Assembly (NCBI GenBank): GCA_964473035.1
Contig: CAYYMK010000009.1
Coordinates: 1,450-65,449, forward strand
Length of the DNA: 64,000 nucleotides
Direction: 5' to 3'
Source: an uncultured Chitinophaga sp.
Lineage (GTDB): Bacteria > Bacteroidota > Bacteroidia > Chitinophagales > Chitinophagaceae
Positions 19,637-28,940 of this stretch are shown in pieces; position 1 is the stretch's first letter; every line of letters starts with the position of its first letter. The notes beneath the pieces were generated by a model, which saw only the letters and a program-made list of their open reading frames with translations, was not told the origin of the DNA and made no database searches. The position numbers were made by a program, and so were the translations under genes.

Positions 19637-19656
19637 TATGTATGTATGTATGTATG
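19637..19656. repeat. tetranucleotide microsatellite (TATG)5
   Basis: Five perfect TATG units read directly. They lie between the response-regulator start (19551) and module copy 2 (19674). Confidence 0.9.
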
Positions 19657-19673
19657 TGATAAATGCCGGTGCA

Positions 19674-20022
19674 TGACATATATTGTATGATCAAATATAA
19701 TTTTTTGTATTAAACTCCCAAATGATTTCGGGAAAATTCACAAAGTGTTTTGGGGAAATTCCCATTTTTTATTCCAAAAATCTGTCTGAAATTTATTGTT
19801 GCAAGTTCTTTGATAACCTTAGGGAAAGCTATTGTTTTCTTTTTCATAGCATTAGTATGAAAGACGGCAGTGGGAAAATTCCCGCCATTTTACGGGAAAA
19901 ATCCCGGAGTTTTTTGGGGAAACACCACAAACAACCTGTGGAGGCAACCAATAGTTTTGGTTCATCATTATTTCTTCAGCCATGGAGGAGGATTGATGAG
20001 ACGGGTATGCCGAAAACCGGGA
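19674..20022 (+). repeat. copy 2 of the duplicated GGGAAA(N)TTCCC module
   Basis: Collinear with 16102..16452. Motifs lie at 19730-19740, 19753-19763, 19872-19883 and 19894-19905. The module ends 37 nt before the ATG at 20059. Confidence 0.85.
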
Positions 20023-20058
20023 TTTCAAAGAGAGTAGGCGTATTTTAAAATCAGCAAA

Positions 20059-21006
20059 ATGAAACAAGTCAAAATATTTTTTTGCACGATTTTTTTCGCA
20101 TGGATAGTTACTAATACAGCAAATGCTCAACTATTTCCAGAATGTGCAACCATTTCAGCAACGGTTATAGCACCTCAAACCCAATCAGGCAGCTACAACT
20201 ACTTTGGTGTTCGAATAGAACTTGACCAAACATATGATCAAAATATCACGGTAGAGGGATATATTTTTGACGTCGGCTCTCCCAACACTACCCATTCATT
20301 CTCTCTCACTGTAATAAGTGGAAATTTAACCGCAGAAACAGCAACGAATTTTTATCAAACCGGGCCAACTGAAGAGGCAGCGGTCAGTGTATCTTCTGTT
20401 GCACCACTAACAGTAACGGCAAGCAGTAGCTATTTTAGCACACAATGTTCCTTTGTTACATCTAACCCGAATCTCAAAGATTTTTTTAGCTCTTACGATA
20501 CTTCAATTCTTCGTAATGCAGATACACTACAGCCTACCGCTTTTGCTGCTATTTGCAGTTATATGGTGGGGAAAAATTCTGATCTAATTCAATATCTAAA
20601 TCAAAAGGCACCCAGTACTTTCACTATTGCAGACATGGACCCTAATGATGATTTAGTTACAGTAGCAGGTTTGATTTTCATGTACCTTGAAGATAAAGAC
20701 TCATCGTTTAAAGAATATTCTTATATGAGATATAATAATCCAGCACACTTGGCTTTTTCTGGGCCATTTACTGATATTACTCTGACGTCAATCAGGCTAA
20801 ATTTAACTGGTTTTTGGTCTTGTGTTGGCGATGTACTATTGGATGTAGTAGGTGTAGGGTCTCTTTATGAGGAATACAGAAACTTAATAAGAACCGGGGC
20901 CACTTGGGGAAGTGTAAGAGGAATAATATGGGGAATGATTAGAAGAGCAGCTGGATGGTGGACTGCTGTATATGGAACTTATCGAATAATAAGAGATTGT
21001 TTCTAG
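20059..21006 (+). CDS. hypothetical secreted protein with Gly/Trp/Arg-rich amphipathic C-terminal tail
   Basis: Signal peptide MKQVKIFFCTIFFAWIVTNTANAQ. C-terminus GATWGSVRGIIWGMIRRAAGWWTAVYGTYRIIRDCF. By eye the DNA is clearly more AT-rich than the flanks. Confidence 0.65.
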   Translation: MKQVKIFFCTIFFAWIVTNTANAQLFPECATISATVIAPQTQSGSYNYFGVRIELDQTYDQNITVEGYIFDVGSPNTTHSFSLTVISGNLTAETATNFYQTGPTEEAAVSVSSVAPLTVTASSSYFSTQCSFVTSNPNLKDFFSSYDTSILRNADTLQPTAFAAICSYMVGKNSDLIQYLNQKAPSTFTIADMDPNDDLVTVAGLIFMYLEDKDSSFKEYSYMRYNNPAHLAFSGPFTDITLTSIRLNLTGFWSCVGDVLLDVVGVGSLYEEYRNLIRTGATWGSVRGIIWGMIRRAAGWWTAVYGTYRIIRDCF

Positions 21007-21082
21007 CATTATTTTTCAAAGGTAGCCTTATGATCAATTTTGTAAATAGGGCTATCTTTTTTTGATAATAAAAAATAACGCA

Positions 21083-21313
21083 ATGAATTTAGAAAAAATA
21101 GGAAATATTGGTTTTATTGTGTGCCTCAGCTATGTAGTGATACTTCATATATTAAAATTAATATATCTTCTTTTTAAACCGAAATTTTTAGACCCTGTAA
21201 GATTTGGTACACCAAGCAAGATGATGATGACCTTTTACTATCTTTTGGTGATTTATTGTATGGTTGTTTATGTTCTTAGGCTGGCAGGGGTGCTTGAAGT
21301 AGTTATCAGGTGA
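21083..21313 (+). CDS. small two-helix membrane protein
   Basis: 76 aa from ATG 21083 (the track ORF starts at TTG 21062). Two hydrophobic segments: IGFIVCLSYVVILHILKLIYLLF and MMMTFYYLLVIYCMVVYVLRLAGVL. The DNA is AT-rich. Confidence 0.5.
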   Translation: MNLEKIGNIGFIVCLSYVVILHILKLIYLLFKPKFLDPVRFGTPSKMMMTFYYLLVIYCMVVYVLRLAGVLEVVIR

Positions 21314-21408
21314 ATATTTTCTTATTGAATTTATCATCATAATGGCTACGATTTACCTTCTTGGTTTTCTGGCTAAAGGCTCTTGCAACCCGCTTTTAAT
21401 TTTTGCGT

Positions 21409-22215
21409 ATGAAACATATTTTGCCAATATTATTTTGGCTCTGGCCCTGTCTTGTCAAAGCCCAAGCAAAAGAGATTTCATTTACTCTCAAAAAAGACAG
21501 TGTTGTTAAACAATCATCTGCCTACAAGCCCGAAATCTTCACCAGCGGGTTTATAGACATCATCAACAACGGCCAGGTAAATGCATCAGCAAGGTTTGTA
21601 AGGTTATTTATTGGGGAACCGGGTAAATTCGCCATCCCACTTTCACTGTATTCAGGTGTATCATCCAATAATTTTCAGAACACACAAAGTTTTTCCCAGC
21701 GGTCAAACGATGCATTGATCACCAACTTCATCAACCCCTTATGCGGCCTGGCCAATATTTCAGTAGATGGTATTGCTTTCTTCAATAAAAAATCAACAAA
21801 AGTGACCAAGGCCGGTTTGCTTTATCATACCGGGGCAAGAATACTCACGGGCATAAGAACAGGACCGGTAACCGATCCTGCCACCGGCAAGCCGGTCAAT
21901 TTTTTAAACTCATTTGGTTCCCTCGGCGTGTATTTTCAAACCGGCGCCTGGGATCGCAATAATTCAAAGAATGTGGGTATCAGCTGGTTTGCATTCCGCT
22001 ATATCGGCTGCTACACCAATCCTGGCCAGTTAAAAGAGTTTTTACCTGCTGTGGAAACCAACGGCCTTTATCACGGCTGGTCACTTGCCTGGGGAGTGGA
22101 GATCAATAATTTTGTAAACATCAAAGTGCTGTACTACAAATATGTGAGGAAGCCGGAGATAAATTATTCCCTGCCTATTTACCAGTTTTCGTTTAATTAT
22201 ACATTGAAGAAATAA
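21409..22215 (+). CDS. hypothetical outer-membrane (beta-barrel-like) protein
   Basis: Signal peptide MKHILPILFWLWPCLVKAQA. Alternating aromatic/polar strands, with a terminal ...IYQFSFNYTLKK. A truncated paralogue lies at 16487..16939. Confidence 0.7.
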   Translation: MKHILPILFWLWPCLVKAQAKEISFTLKKDSVVKQSSAYKPEIFTSGFIDIINNGQVNASARFVRLFIGEPGKFAIPLSLYSGVSSNNFQNTQSFSQRSNDALITNFINPLCGLANISVDGIAFFNKKSTKVTKAGLLYHTGARILTGIRTGPVTDPATGKPVNFLNSFGSLGVYFQTGAWDRNNSKNVGISWFAFRYIGCYTNPGQLKEFLPAVETNGLYHGWSLAWGVEINNFVNIKVLYYKYVRKPEINYSLPIYQFSFNYTLKK

Positions 22216-22599
22216 CCGCTAATCCATCAGCCAAAACTCCCTTCTGAGGCAGAAATAAACCACGTCAAACAAGTTTTCATTAGTTTAAAAAGTTGATGCA
22301 GTATTATGAAGGTTTGAACCCTTTGAAACTTCCAATACTTTAAACTTTTGAAGCCGCAACAGTACGGGCTGATGGCAGAAATTCCAAGCCTGGTTACAAG
22401 GGCACAGGTCATTGCTCCAAATCGTTGCCGGAAAGAGTAATCACTCCCCGATTCTGTTACAATACTGTGCAACAAACCTGGTTCATCATACCCGGTGAAC
22501 GGTTATTACCTGCGGCTCATCGCAAAAAAATTGCATGTGGATCCTGCAAAAAAAATTTTTTGTCCTTAAATATTTATTAAATTGAGCAAAATCAATTTT

Positions 22600-23838
22600 A
22601 TGAGATCAGCTATTCTTCTACTCCTTATTTTTTCTTTTACCTGTTTGGTGCAGGCACAACGAACACTGATAGCTCCGGCAAAACAGGAAAAAATTTATCC
22701 ACAGTGGGTTGCTGGCGACAGGGATTTCTGGGGACATGGCCCCAGTGTGACAGGTACCGTCAGGGTTGCAGTGACAGAAGGCAAAGGGCAGATCATTGCA
22801 TTTATCAACATCAGACTAGCAGAAACAGGTGGCGATGGAAGCGCTGCTGAAATCAACGAAACAAGATTAATTTATAATGCCCCGGCCGGAAAACAAATTA
22901 GCCGCATTATTACTCCGGCAAACACCACTACAGAATTCAATACCTTACTTTCCAGGGGTGGCTTGAGCAGAATTTCTGGAGTCTCGAGACAAGGGCCAGT
23001 GCATCATTTAATGATCAATGGTGACGGGTCAGGTCCGGATATTGGAAATAACACAGTTGACGACAGCCATGTCAGCATTGTCTTTAACGGGTTTGTCGTG
23101 GAATTGGAACCCTTGCCAGCTGGGGTCAGAGAAATTGTGCTGGAAAAAAGAGTGCTGACCGGTTTCGTCAGTGGAAAATTCCGGGGTACCACCGGAAGAT
23201 TGAATACCTATGGCCCCAGGGTGGGGGATTCCTGGTTTAAAGCAGATGATTCATGGATAAAATTCCCGGATGAAATAAGGAGGGACCGGATCAATTTTAC
23301 CCAGATGCAGGAAGTACAGATTGGCTCCAGGAGGTATTATTATAACGACATTAACCTTCTGAACATAAGAGGAGACGCAAATAATCAATACCTGAGGCTG
23401 CATGTAAACTGGGAGAGCAATGAGCCGGAGCTCCGCGGCGAGTGTGTCAACAATATTGACTGCATAGCCGGAACCCCGACCGTACAGTTAAATGATCTCA
23501 GCATCAAAATCAACTTCAGACCATTTGCACAGGGCAACCGCCTGTTATACGACCCCAACGACATCCAGATTGATTATGGGTTTAATTACAGTGCCGATTG
23601 CGGAATTCTTTCAGCCCTCTGTTCAGAAATTTTTAAAGACCCGGTAACCAGTGCTTTTTTCAATGCCAGATTTTTACTGGCATCAGTCTTAAAAGACCCG
23701 GTAACCGTCAATGAAATTTCGAATGCACTTACAAATGGAGTTTTGGATTATGCAAAGACTTTTGGAGGATTTCCGGGAGCCACAGCTGTTGTTGAAGTCG
23801 TTGACCGGGGAGCCCAGATTGCCATCAGGTGCAGGTAA
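22600..23838 (+). CDS. hypothetical secreted protein
   Basis: Signal peptide MRSAILLLLIFSFTCLVQAQ (ATG 22600; track ORF from TTG 22582). Several Cys pairs and no recognisable domain. Confidence 0.65.
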   Translation: MRSAILLLLIFSFTCLVQAQRTLIAPAKQEKIYPQWVAGDRDFWGHGPSVTGTVRVAVTEGKGQIIAFINIRLAETGGDGSAAEINETRLIYNAPAGKQISRIITPANTTTEFNTLLSRGGLSRISGVSRQGPVHHLMINGDGSGPDIGNNTVDDSHVSIVFNGFVVELEPLPAGVREIVLEKRVLTGFVSGKFRGTTGRLNTYGPRVGDSWFKADDSWIKFPDEIRRDRINFTQMQEVQIGSRRYYYNDINLLNIRGDANNQYLRLHVNWESNEPELRGECVNNIDCIAGTPTVQLNDLSIKINFRPFAQGNRLLYDPNDIQIDYGFNYSADCGILSALCSEIFKDPVTSAFFNARFLLASVLKDPVTVNEISNALTNGVLDYAKTFGGFPGATAVVEVVDRGAQIAIRCR

Positions 23839-23896
23839 TGCAGAATGTTCCATAATGCATCTTATGGCAGAATGATCAGGTTGCACGCATCAGCCC

Positions 23897-24598
23897 CTAA
23901 TCCCTGAGCCAAAATTCCCGGCGCACGGTATAGTACATCACAAGTGTACCTCCGGCTTCAGTACCATTTGCAACCGGCCGTTCTGTTTCGCCGATGAGTT
24001 CCATATTTACAGGACCGCTTTGCAGCACTGAAAGGTCGGCCCTGCTGATGACGAGGCGGTTGCCCCAGACCGTATCCACACGGTTGATTCCCTCACCGGT
24101 AAAACTGGTATCGGTTATTACGATCCGAACCACATCCTTGCCTGCAAGACCTTCAAGAAGAAGTTCCATTTTATCTCTTGCAAGCGTATCGGGCAACTCC
24201 GTTTTCAAAAGGAATGAACGAAAAGAAAATTCCTCTTTAAACTTCCTTTTATCGGCAGCGGTAAGCAGCACCTGGTGCTTTCCTGAAAAATCCTTCAGTG
24301 CTATGGTACGGGCATAATAGGGCCCCGACATGGGTGTACTGTCTGCAAAAATCTGATGCCCGTCCAGTATAACGGACGCTCCCTGAGGCAAAAGCAAGGA
24401 AGGTCCATACTCAGTAAATAGCTTAAACTGTAAAAGCACCGTTATGCTGTCGTTTCCTTCTTCACCGGTTATTTTGTAATCAAAGAAAAGTTCATCGGTT
24501 GACGCTTCCGGTTGCTGACCCGTGGACCCTGAGCAGGCTGCCAGCTGCAGCACCGCAAAAAAAACAATGGCCCGCCTAAACCAGCTTCTGATGATCAT
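23897..24598 (-). CDS. hypothetical lipoprotein
   Basis: Lipobox-like VLQLAACSGS after a basic/hydrophobic N-terminus. 233 aa, no recognisable domain. Confidence 0.65.
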   Translation of the reverse strand: MIIRSWFRRAIVFFAVLQLAACSGSTGQQPEASTDELFFDYKITGEEGNDSITVLLQFKLFTEYGPSLLLPQGASVILDGHQIFADSTPMSGPYYARTIALKDFSGKHQVLLTAADKRKFKEEFSFRSFLLKTELPDTLARDKMELLLEGLAGKDVVRIVITDTSFTGEGINRVDTVWGNRLVISRADLSVLQSGPVNMELIGETERPVANGTEAGGTLVMYYTVRREFWLRD

Positions 24599-24691
24599 AG
24601 CCTTTTTTATTGATCAGGCAAGGTACAGAACCTGCAGGCTTTGTGAAAAAATGATTCCTTAAATCCGTCTGCAAGACTGACCCCGAAGACT

Positions 24692-24699
24692 TATCTTTG
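24692..24699 (+). promoter_or_regulatory. -7 promoter box TATCTTTG upstream of secA
   Basis: Exact TAnnTTTG match. The identical octamer also precedes deoC (38073) and aspS (57780). It implies a ~155-nt secA leader. Confidence 0.45.
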
Positions 24700-24860
24700 C
24701 TCCCCTTCAAAGCGGAGCCTGAAAACGCTGGAATGACCCTGTCAATTTGGCCAAAAAACTTGTATAGCACCGTTTTTGAAGACGGGAATACCGCCAGAAC
24801 GGAGACCTAAGCGCCGGACCGGCAACCCGCAAACAATTTACATTCATTCAACCTCAGGTC

Positions 24861-27800
24861 ATGTTTGGTTTTATTTCAAAACTTTTTGGAGGCAGTAAAT
24901 CAGAAAAAGACGTAAAAAAGATAACCCCGCTGGTAGCACAAATCAACCAGCATTTTGAATTGTACCGGCAACTGGACAATGATGCCCTCAGATCGAAAAC
25001 ACAGGAATTTCGCAGCCGCATTAAAAAACACCTGGAAGAAGTTGATGCAGAAATAATTTCAAAGAATGAGGCGGCTGAAGCGCTTCCCTTCAACGATCTG
25101 GTTGGTAAAGACAGTATTTACCAGGAGGTGGACAAACTGAAAAAAGACCGGGACAAAAAAATTGAAGAAGCATTGGAAGAAATCCTGCCCGAAGCCTTTG
25201 CAGTAGTTAAAGAAACCGCACGCCGCTTCAAGGAAAATGCCGAACTGATTTCCACGGCCACCGGTGCCGACCGGGATCTGAGTGTAAAAAGAGATTACGT
25301 AACCATACAGGGCGAGCAATCTGTATTCAAAAACAGCTGGACAGCTGCCGGCGGGCTGGTTACCTGGAACATGCTGCATTATGATGTACAGTTGATTGGT
25401 GGTGCAGTGCTGCACCAGGGAAAAATTGCTGAGATGGCTACTGGTGAAGGTAAAACACTGGTCTCTACCCTACCTGCTTATCTGAATGCACTGGCGGGAG
25501 AAGGGGTGCACATTGTGACTGTGAATGATTACCTGGCCCGCCGCGACCAGGAATGGAATGGCCCCTTGTTTGAATGGCTGGGTCTGAAGGTGGACTGTAT
25601 TGACAAACACCAACCCAACAGTGAAGACAGAAGAAAAGCGTATCTGGCCGATATTACTTATGGCACGAACAACGAATTCGGTTTTGATTACCTGCGAGAC
25701 AATATGGTACACACTCCTGAAGAAATGGTGCAGCGTAAACACCACTTTGCGATGGTGGATGAAGTAGATTCTGTATTGATTGACGATGCCAGAACTCCGC
25801 TCATTATTTCAGGACCGGTGCCCAAAGGCGAAGACCAGCAATTTCATATTCACAAACCAAGAGTGCAGCAGCTGGTTCAGGAGCAGGAACGTATTGTACG
25901 TCACAACCTGAACGAAGCAAGGAAAAAATTCAGCGATGGTGATGATGATCCCAAAAGCGGCGGACTGTACCTGTTCCGGGCCTACCGGGGCCTGCCCAAG
26001 TATGGGCCCCTGATCAAGTTTCTGAGCGAACCGGGCACAAAAGTCAAACTGCAAAAGGCAGAAAATTACTATCTGGCAGATCAGCAGCGCAACATGCATA
26101 TCGTTGACGAAGACCTGCTGTTTCATATTGATGAAAAAAACAACTCAGTTGACCTGACAGATAAAGGACTGGGGATGATAACCAAAACCGGGGAGGACAG
26201 CGAATTTTTTGTGCTGCCCGATATTGGAATGAAGCTTGCGGAAATAGAAAAAGGCCCTCTGGCTCCGGAAGAAAAATTGCAGGCAAAAGAAACAGTGCTG
26301 AATGAGTATGCGCAAAAAGCCGACCGTATACACACCGTACAGCAGTTGCTGAAAGCATACACCCTGTTTGATAAGGATGTGGAGTATGTAGTGCTGGATG
26401 GTGCTATTAAAATTGTGGATGAACAAACCGGCCGTATCCTGGAAGGACGCAGGTATTCTGATGGATTGCACCAGGCCATTGAAGCCAAGGAAAACGTAAA
26501 AATTGAAGCTGCCACACAAACCTATGCCACAGTAACGCTGCAAAACTATTTCCGCATGTATCACAAGCTGGCTGGTATGACGGGAACTGCCGAAACAGAA
26601 GCAGCGGAATTGTGGAGCATTTACAAGCTGGATGTGGTGACCATCCCCACAAACCTGGCCATGATCCGAAAGGATAAAAATGACCTGGTATATAAAACCA
26701 AGAGGGAAAAGTACAAGGCTGTGATTGATGAAATAGAAGCGCTTCGCAATGCAGGGCGCCCCTGCCTGGTTGGTACTACATCGGTAGAGGTGAGTGAACT
26801 GCTGAGCCGAATGCTGCAACAGAAAAAAATTCCTCACAACGTTCTGAACGCTAAACAACATGCCCGTGAAGCCACCATTGTTTCTGAAGCTGGTCTTTCC
26901 GGTGCTGTTACAATTGCCACCAATATGGCCGGCCGGGGTACAGATATCAAACTGGGTCCCGGCGTAAAAGATGCTGGTGGGCTTGCTATTATCGGTACCG
27001 AAAGACATGAAAGCCGGCGTGTGGACAGACAATTGAGAGGGCGTGCCGGACGACAGGGCGACCCGGGAACATCACAATTCTATGTGTCATTGGAAGACGA
27101 CCTGATGCGTATGTTTGGCAGCGAGCGGATTGCATCGCTGATGGACAGACTGGGATATAAAGAAGGAGATGTCATACAACACAGCATGATCAGCAACAGC
27201 ATTCAGCGGGCACAGCGAAAAGTGGAAGAAAATAATTTCGGCATCCGCAAAAGATTACTGGAATACGACGATGTCATGAACAAGCAGAGAAATGTAGTGT
27301 ACGATAAACGGAACCATGCCTTGTTTGGCGACCGGCTGGCGCTGGATATTGATACATCATTTTCGATGGTTGCAGAAGGTCTGGTAAATTCTTTCCGAGA
27401 GCAGGAAGACTTTGAGGGCTTCAAACTTGCCTGCATCCTGCATTTTGGGCTGGATACCAGGATGGACGAAGAAGAGTTTAAAAGAAAAGACGGCGCAGTA
27501 CTGACTGAGCAATTGTACACAGAAGCCACCGAAAAATATACCCGTCACAAGGAAGAATTGCAGCGGCAGGCGATCCCCGTTTTTAAAAACATACGCCTGA
27601 CCCAGGGCAGCCATATTGAGAATGTAATTGTGCCCTTTACGGATGGGAAGAAAGGACTGAATGTGCTGACAAATCTTGACAAAACCATTAACAGCAGCGG
27701 CACAGAACTCACCAATGCACAGGAAAAAACAATAACGCTTGCCGTGATTGACGATGCGTGGAAAGAACATCTCCGTGCTATGGACGATCTGAAGCAAAGT

Positions 27801-28157
27801 GTGCAAACGGCCTACCTGGAGCAAAAAGACCCACTGGTCATATATAAAATGGAAGCGTACAACCTGTTCCGGAATATGACCGCAGAATTCAATAAAGACA
27901 TTGTATCGTTTTTGTGCCATTCATTTATACCCATTCAACAGGATACTGCCCCACTGAAGGAAGGACGACAGCAAAAAACTGACATGAGCCGTATGCGGGC
28001 CAATAAAGAAGAAGTAGATGCTGCAGGAGAGGATTATGCTGCCAACGAAAAAGACAAACTGGTGCCGGTAACGGCAGCACCAAAGATTGGTAGAAATGAA
28101 CCCTGCCCCTGTGGTTCCGGGAAAAAATACAAGCAATGTCACGGCCGTGATGCATAA
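24861..28157 (+). CDS. secA: preprotein translocase ATPase SecA
   Basis: 1098 aa with Walker A MATGEGKT and DEAD-like [22 protein letters not shown]-terminal zinc finger [14 protein letters not shown]. Confidence 0.97.
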   Translation: MFGFISKLFGGSKSEKDVKKITPLVAQINQHFELYRQLDNDALRSKTQEFRSRIKKHLEEVDAEIISKNEAAEALPFNDLVGKDSIYQEVDKLKKDRDKKIEEALEEILPEAFAVVKETARRFKENAELISTATGADRDLSVKRDYVTIQGEQSVFKNSWTAAGGLVTWNMLHYDVQLIGGAVLHQGKIAEMATGEGKTLVSTLPAYLNALAGEGVHIVTVNDYLARRDQEWNGPLFEWLGLKVDCIDKHQPNSEDRRKAYLADITYGTNNEFGFDYLRDNMVHTPEEMVQRKHHFAMVDEVDSVLIDDARTPLIISGPVPKGEDQQFHIHKPRVQQLVQEQERIVRHNLNEARKKFSDGDDDPKSGGLYLFRAYRGLPKYGPLIKFLSEPGTKVKLQKAENYYLADQQRNMHIVDEDLLFHIDEKNNSVDLTDKGLGMITKTGEDSEFFVLPDIGMKLAEIEKGPLAPEEKLQAKETVLNEYAQKADRIHTVQQLLKAYTLFDKDVEYVVLDGAIKIVDEQTGRILEGRRYSDGLHQAIEAKENVKIEAATQTYATVTLQNYFRMYHKLAGMTGTAETEAAELWSIYKLDVVTIPTNLAMIRKDKNDLVYKTKREKYKAVIDEIEALRNAGRPCLVGTTSVEVSELLSRMLQQKKIPHNVLNAKQHAREATIVSEAGLSGAVTIATNMAGRGTDIKLGPGVKDAGGLAIIGTERHESRRVDRQLRGRAGRQGDPGTSQFYVSLEDDLMRMFGSERIASLMDRLGYKEGDVIQHSMISNSIQRAQRKVEENNFGIRKRLLEYDDVMNKQRNVVYDKRNHALFGDRLALDIDTSFSMVAEGLVNSFREQEDFEGFKLACILHFGLDTRMDEEEFKRKDGAVLTEQLYTEATEKYTRHKEELQRQAIPVFKNIRLTQGSHIENVIVPFTDGKKGLNVLTNLDKTINSSGTELTNAQEKTITLAVIDDAWKEHLRAMDDLKQSVQTAYLEQKDPLVIYKMEAYNLFRNMTAEFNKDIVSFLCHSFIPIQQDTAPLKEGRQQKTDMSRMRANKEEVDAAGEDYAANEKDKLVPVTAAPKIGRNEPCPCGSGKKYKQCHGRDA

Positions 28158-28170
28158 AAAACCTGTTTGC

Positions 28171-28210
28171 CACAGAATGTATAATGTAAACTTATAACTG
28201 GTATTCTGTG
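28171..28210. terminator. weak hairpin between convergent secA and the corrinoid operon
   Basis: CACAGAAT (28171-28178) pairs with ATTCTGTG (28203-28210). The loop is 24 nt and there is no clear U-run. Confidence 0.3.
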
Positions 28211-28238
28211 AGCAACAGCTGCAACTCACATGCACTTA

Positions 28239-28937
28239 TCAGGCCTGATCTTTTTTCTTACGGTAAATGCAGTTTGACATTTCGCACACATGACAAGAAT
28301 AGTCTGTCCGCTTTACCTGACGGCCAATACCAATGATGCCGCTTACCGATTTTACCGGCTGCATGAGTGAACAGTCCGTAAGCGAGACTCCGCAAAATTT
28401 TTCAGGTAAAAGGGAAAATAGTTGTTGCTGCTCACTGACATGCCATCCGCAATAACCAGGGCTGTACCGGTTGGTGATGTGCAAGCCCTCCTGTTTAACC
28501 CTTTCCTCAAGCTGATCCTGTACCAGGTCCATTGCAGTTTCCACAATTTCAGAGCCCACGGCATCCAGGATATACGCTTCAGGCAAATCGCCCAACTTCA
28601 ACCGCATTTCAGCAAGGCTGCTGATGCCCGGACCGGCGGTGCAGCAGAAGAGTGCCACCGATTCTGCCTTGCGAAACTGGCTGCCGATTATTTTCTTTAC
28701 CTGCATCTCTGTATCACTCACACAAATTGTTTCATACCCTTTGTACACCGAAAATGCATTGATAAGGCGGTAGCCGCCTTTCACCGGCCCCAGCGTTTTG
28801 GATGTGTGCAACGCTTCTTCTATCATCTCACACACTGGAGCAGGCGCATGCCCCTTCGGGTATCCGATGAACTGCTCAATATCTGCAAGCTGCAGGCCAA
28901 GTTCATCAACAGAGAAAATGAATTCCTGTATTTCCAT
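28239..28937 (-). CDS. stand-alone methionine-synthase (MetH) reactivation/AdoMet-binding domain protein
   Basis: 232 aa. IEQFIGYPKG, ILDAVGSEIVE, NRYSPGYCGW and MQPVKSVSGIIGIG match the Met_synt_B12 activation-domain pattern. Confidence 0.75.
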   Translation of the reverse strand: MEIQEFIFSVDELGLQLADIEQFIGYPKGHAPAPVCEMIEEALHTSKTLGPVKGGYRLINAFSVYKGYETICVSDTEMQVKKIIGSQFRKAESVALFCCTAGPGISSLAEMRLKLGDLPEAYILDAVGSEIVETAMDLVQDQLEERVKQEGLHITNRYSPGYCGWHVSEQQQLFSLLPEKFCGVSLTDCSLMQPVKSVSGIIGIGRQVKRTDYSCHVCEMSNCIYRKKKDQA

Positions 28938-28940
28938 GTT

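Noticed and set aside
22223-22373. 9-bp inverted repeat CCATCAGCC / GGCTGATGG, 140 nt apart, upstream of the 412-aa secreted protein; considered as an invertible promoter.
   Set aside because: The repeat is short, no site-specific recombinase is in the window, and no promoter box was recognisable inside the segment.
26145-27032. Long antisense ORFs inside well-supported genes: 295 aa antisense to secA; 29747..30814 (355 aa) and 28422..29246 (274 aa) antisense to the corrinoid operon; 13950..14543; 10973..11647; 42027..42578.
   Set aside because: The translations are low-complexity or Cys/Phe/Leu-rich with no motifs, and each lies fully inside a gene with strong family signatures on the other strand. 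This is the usual by-product of codon bias rather than overlapping genes.
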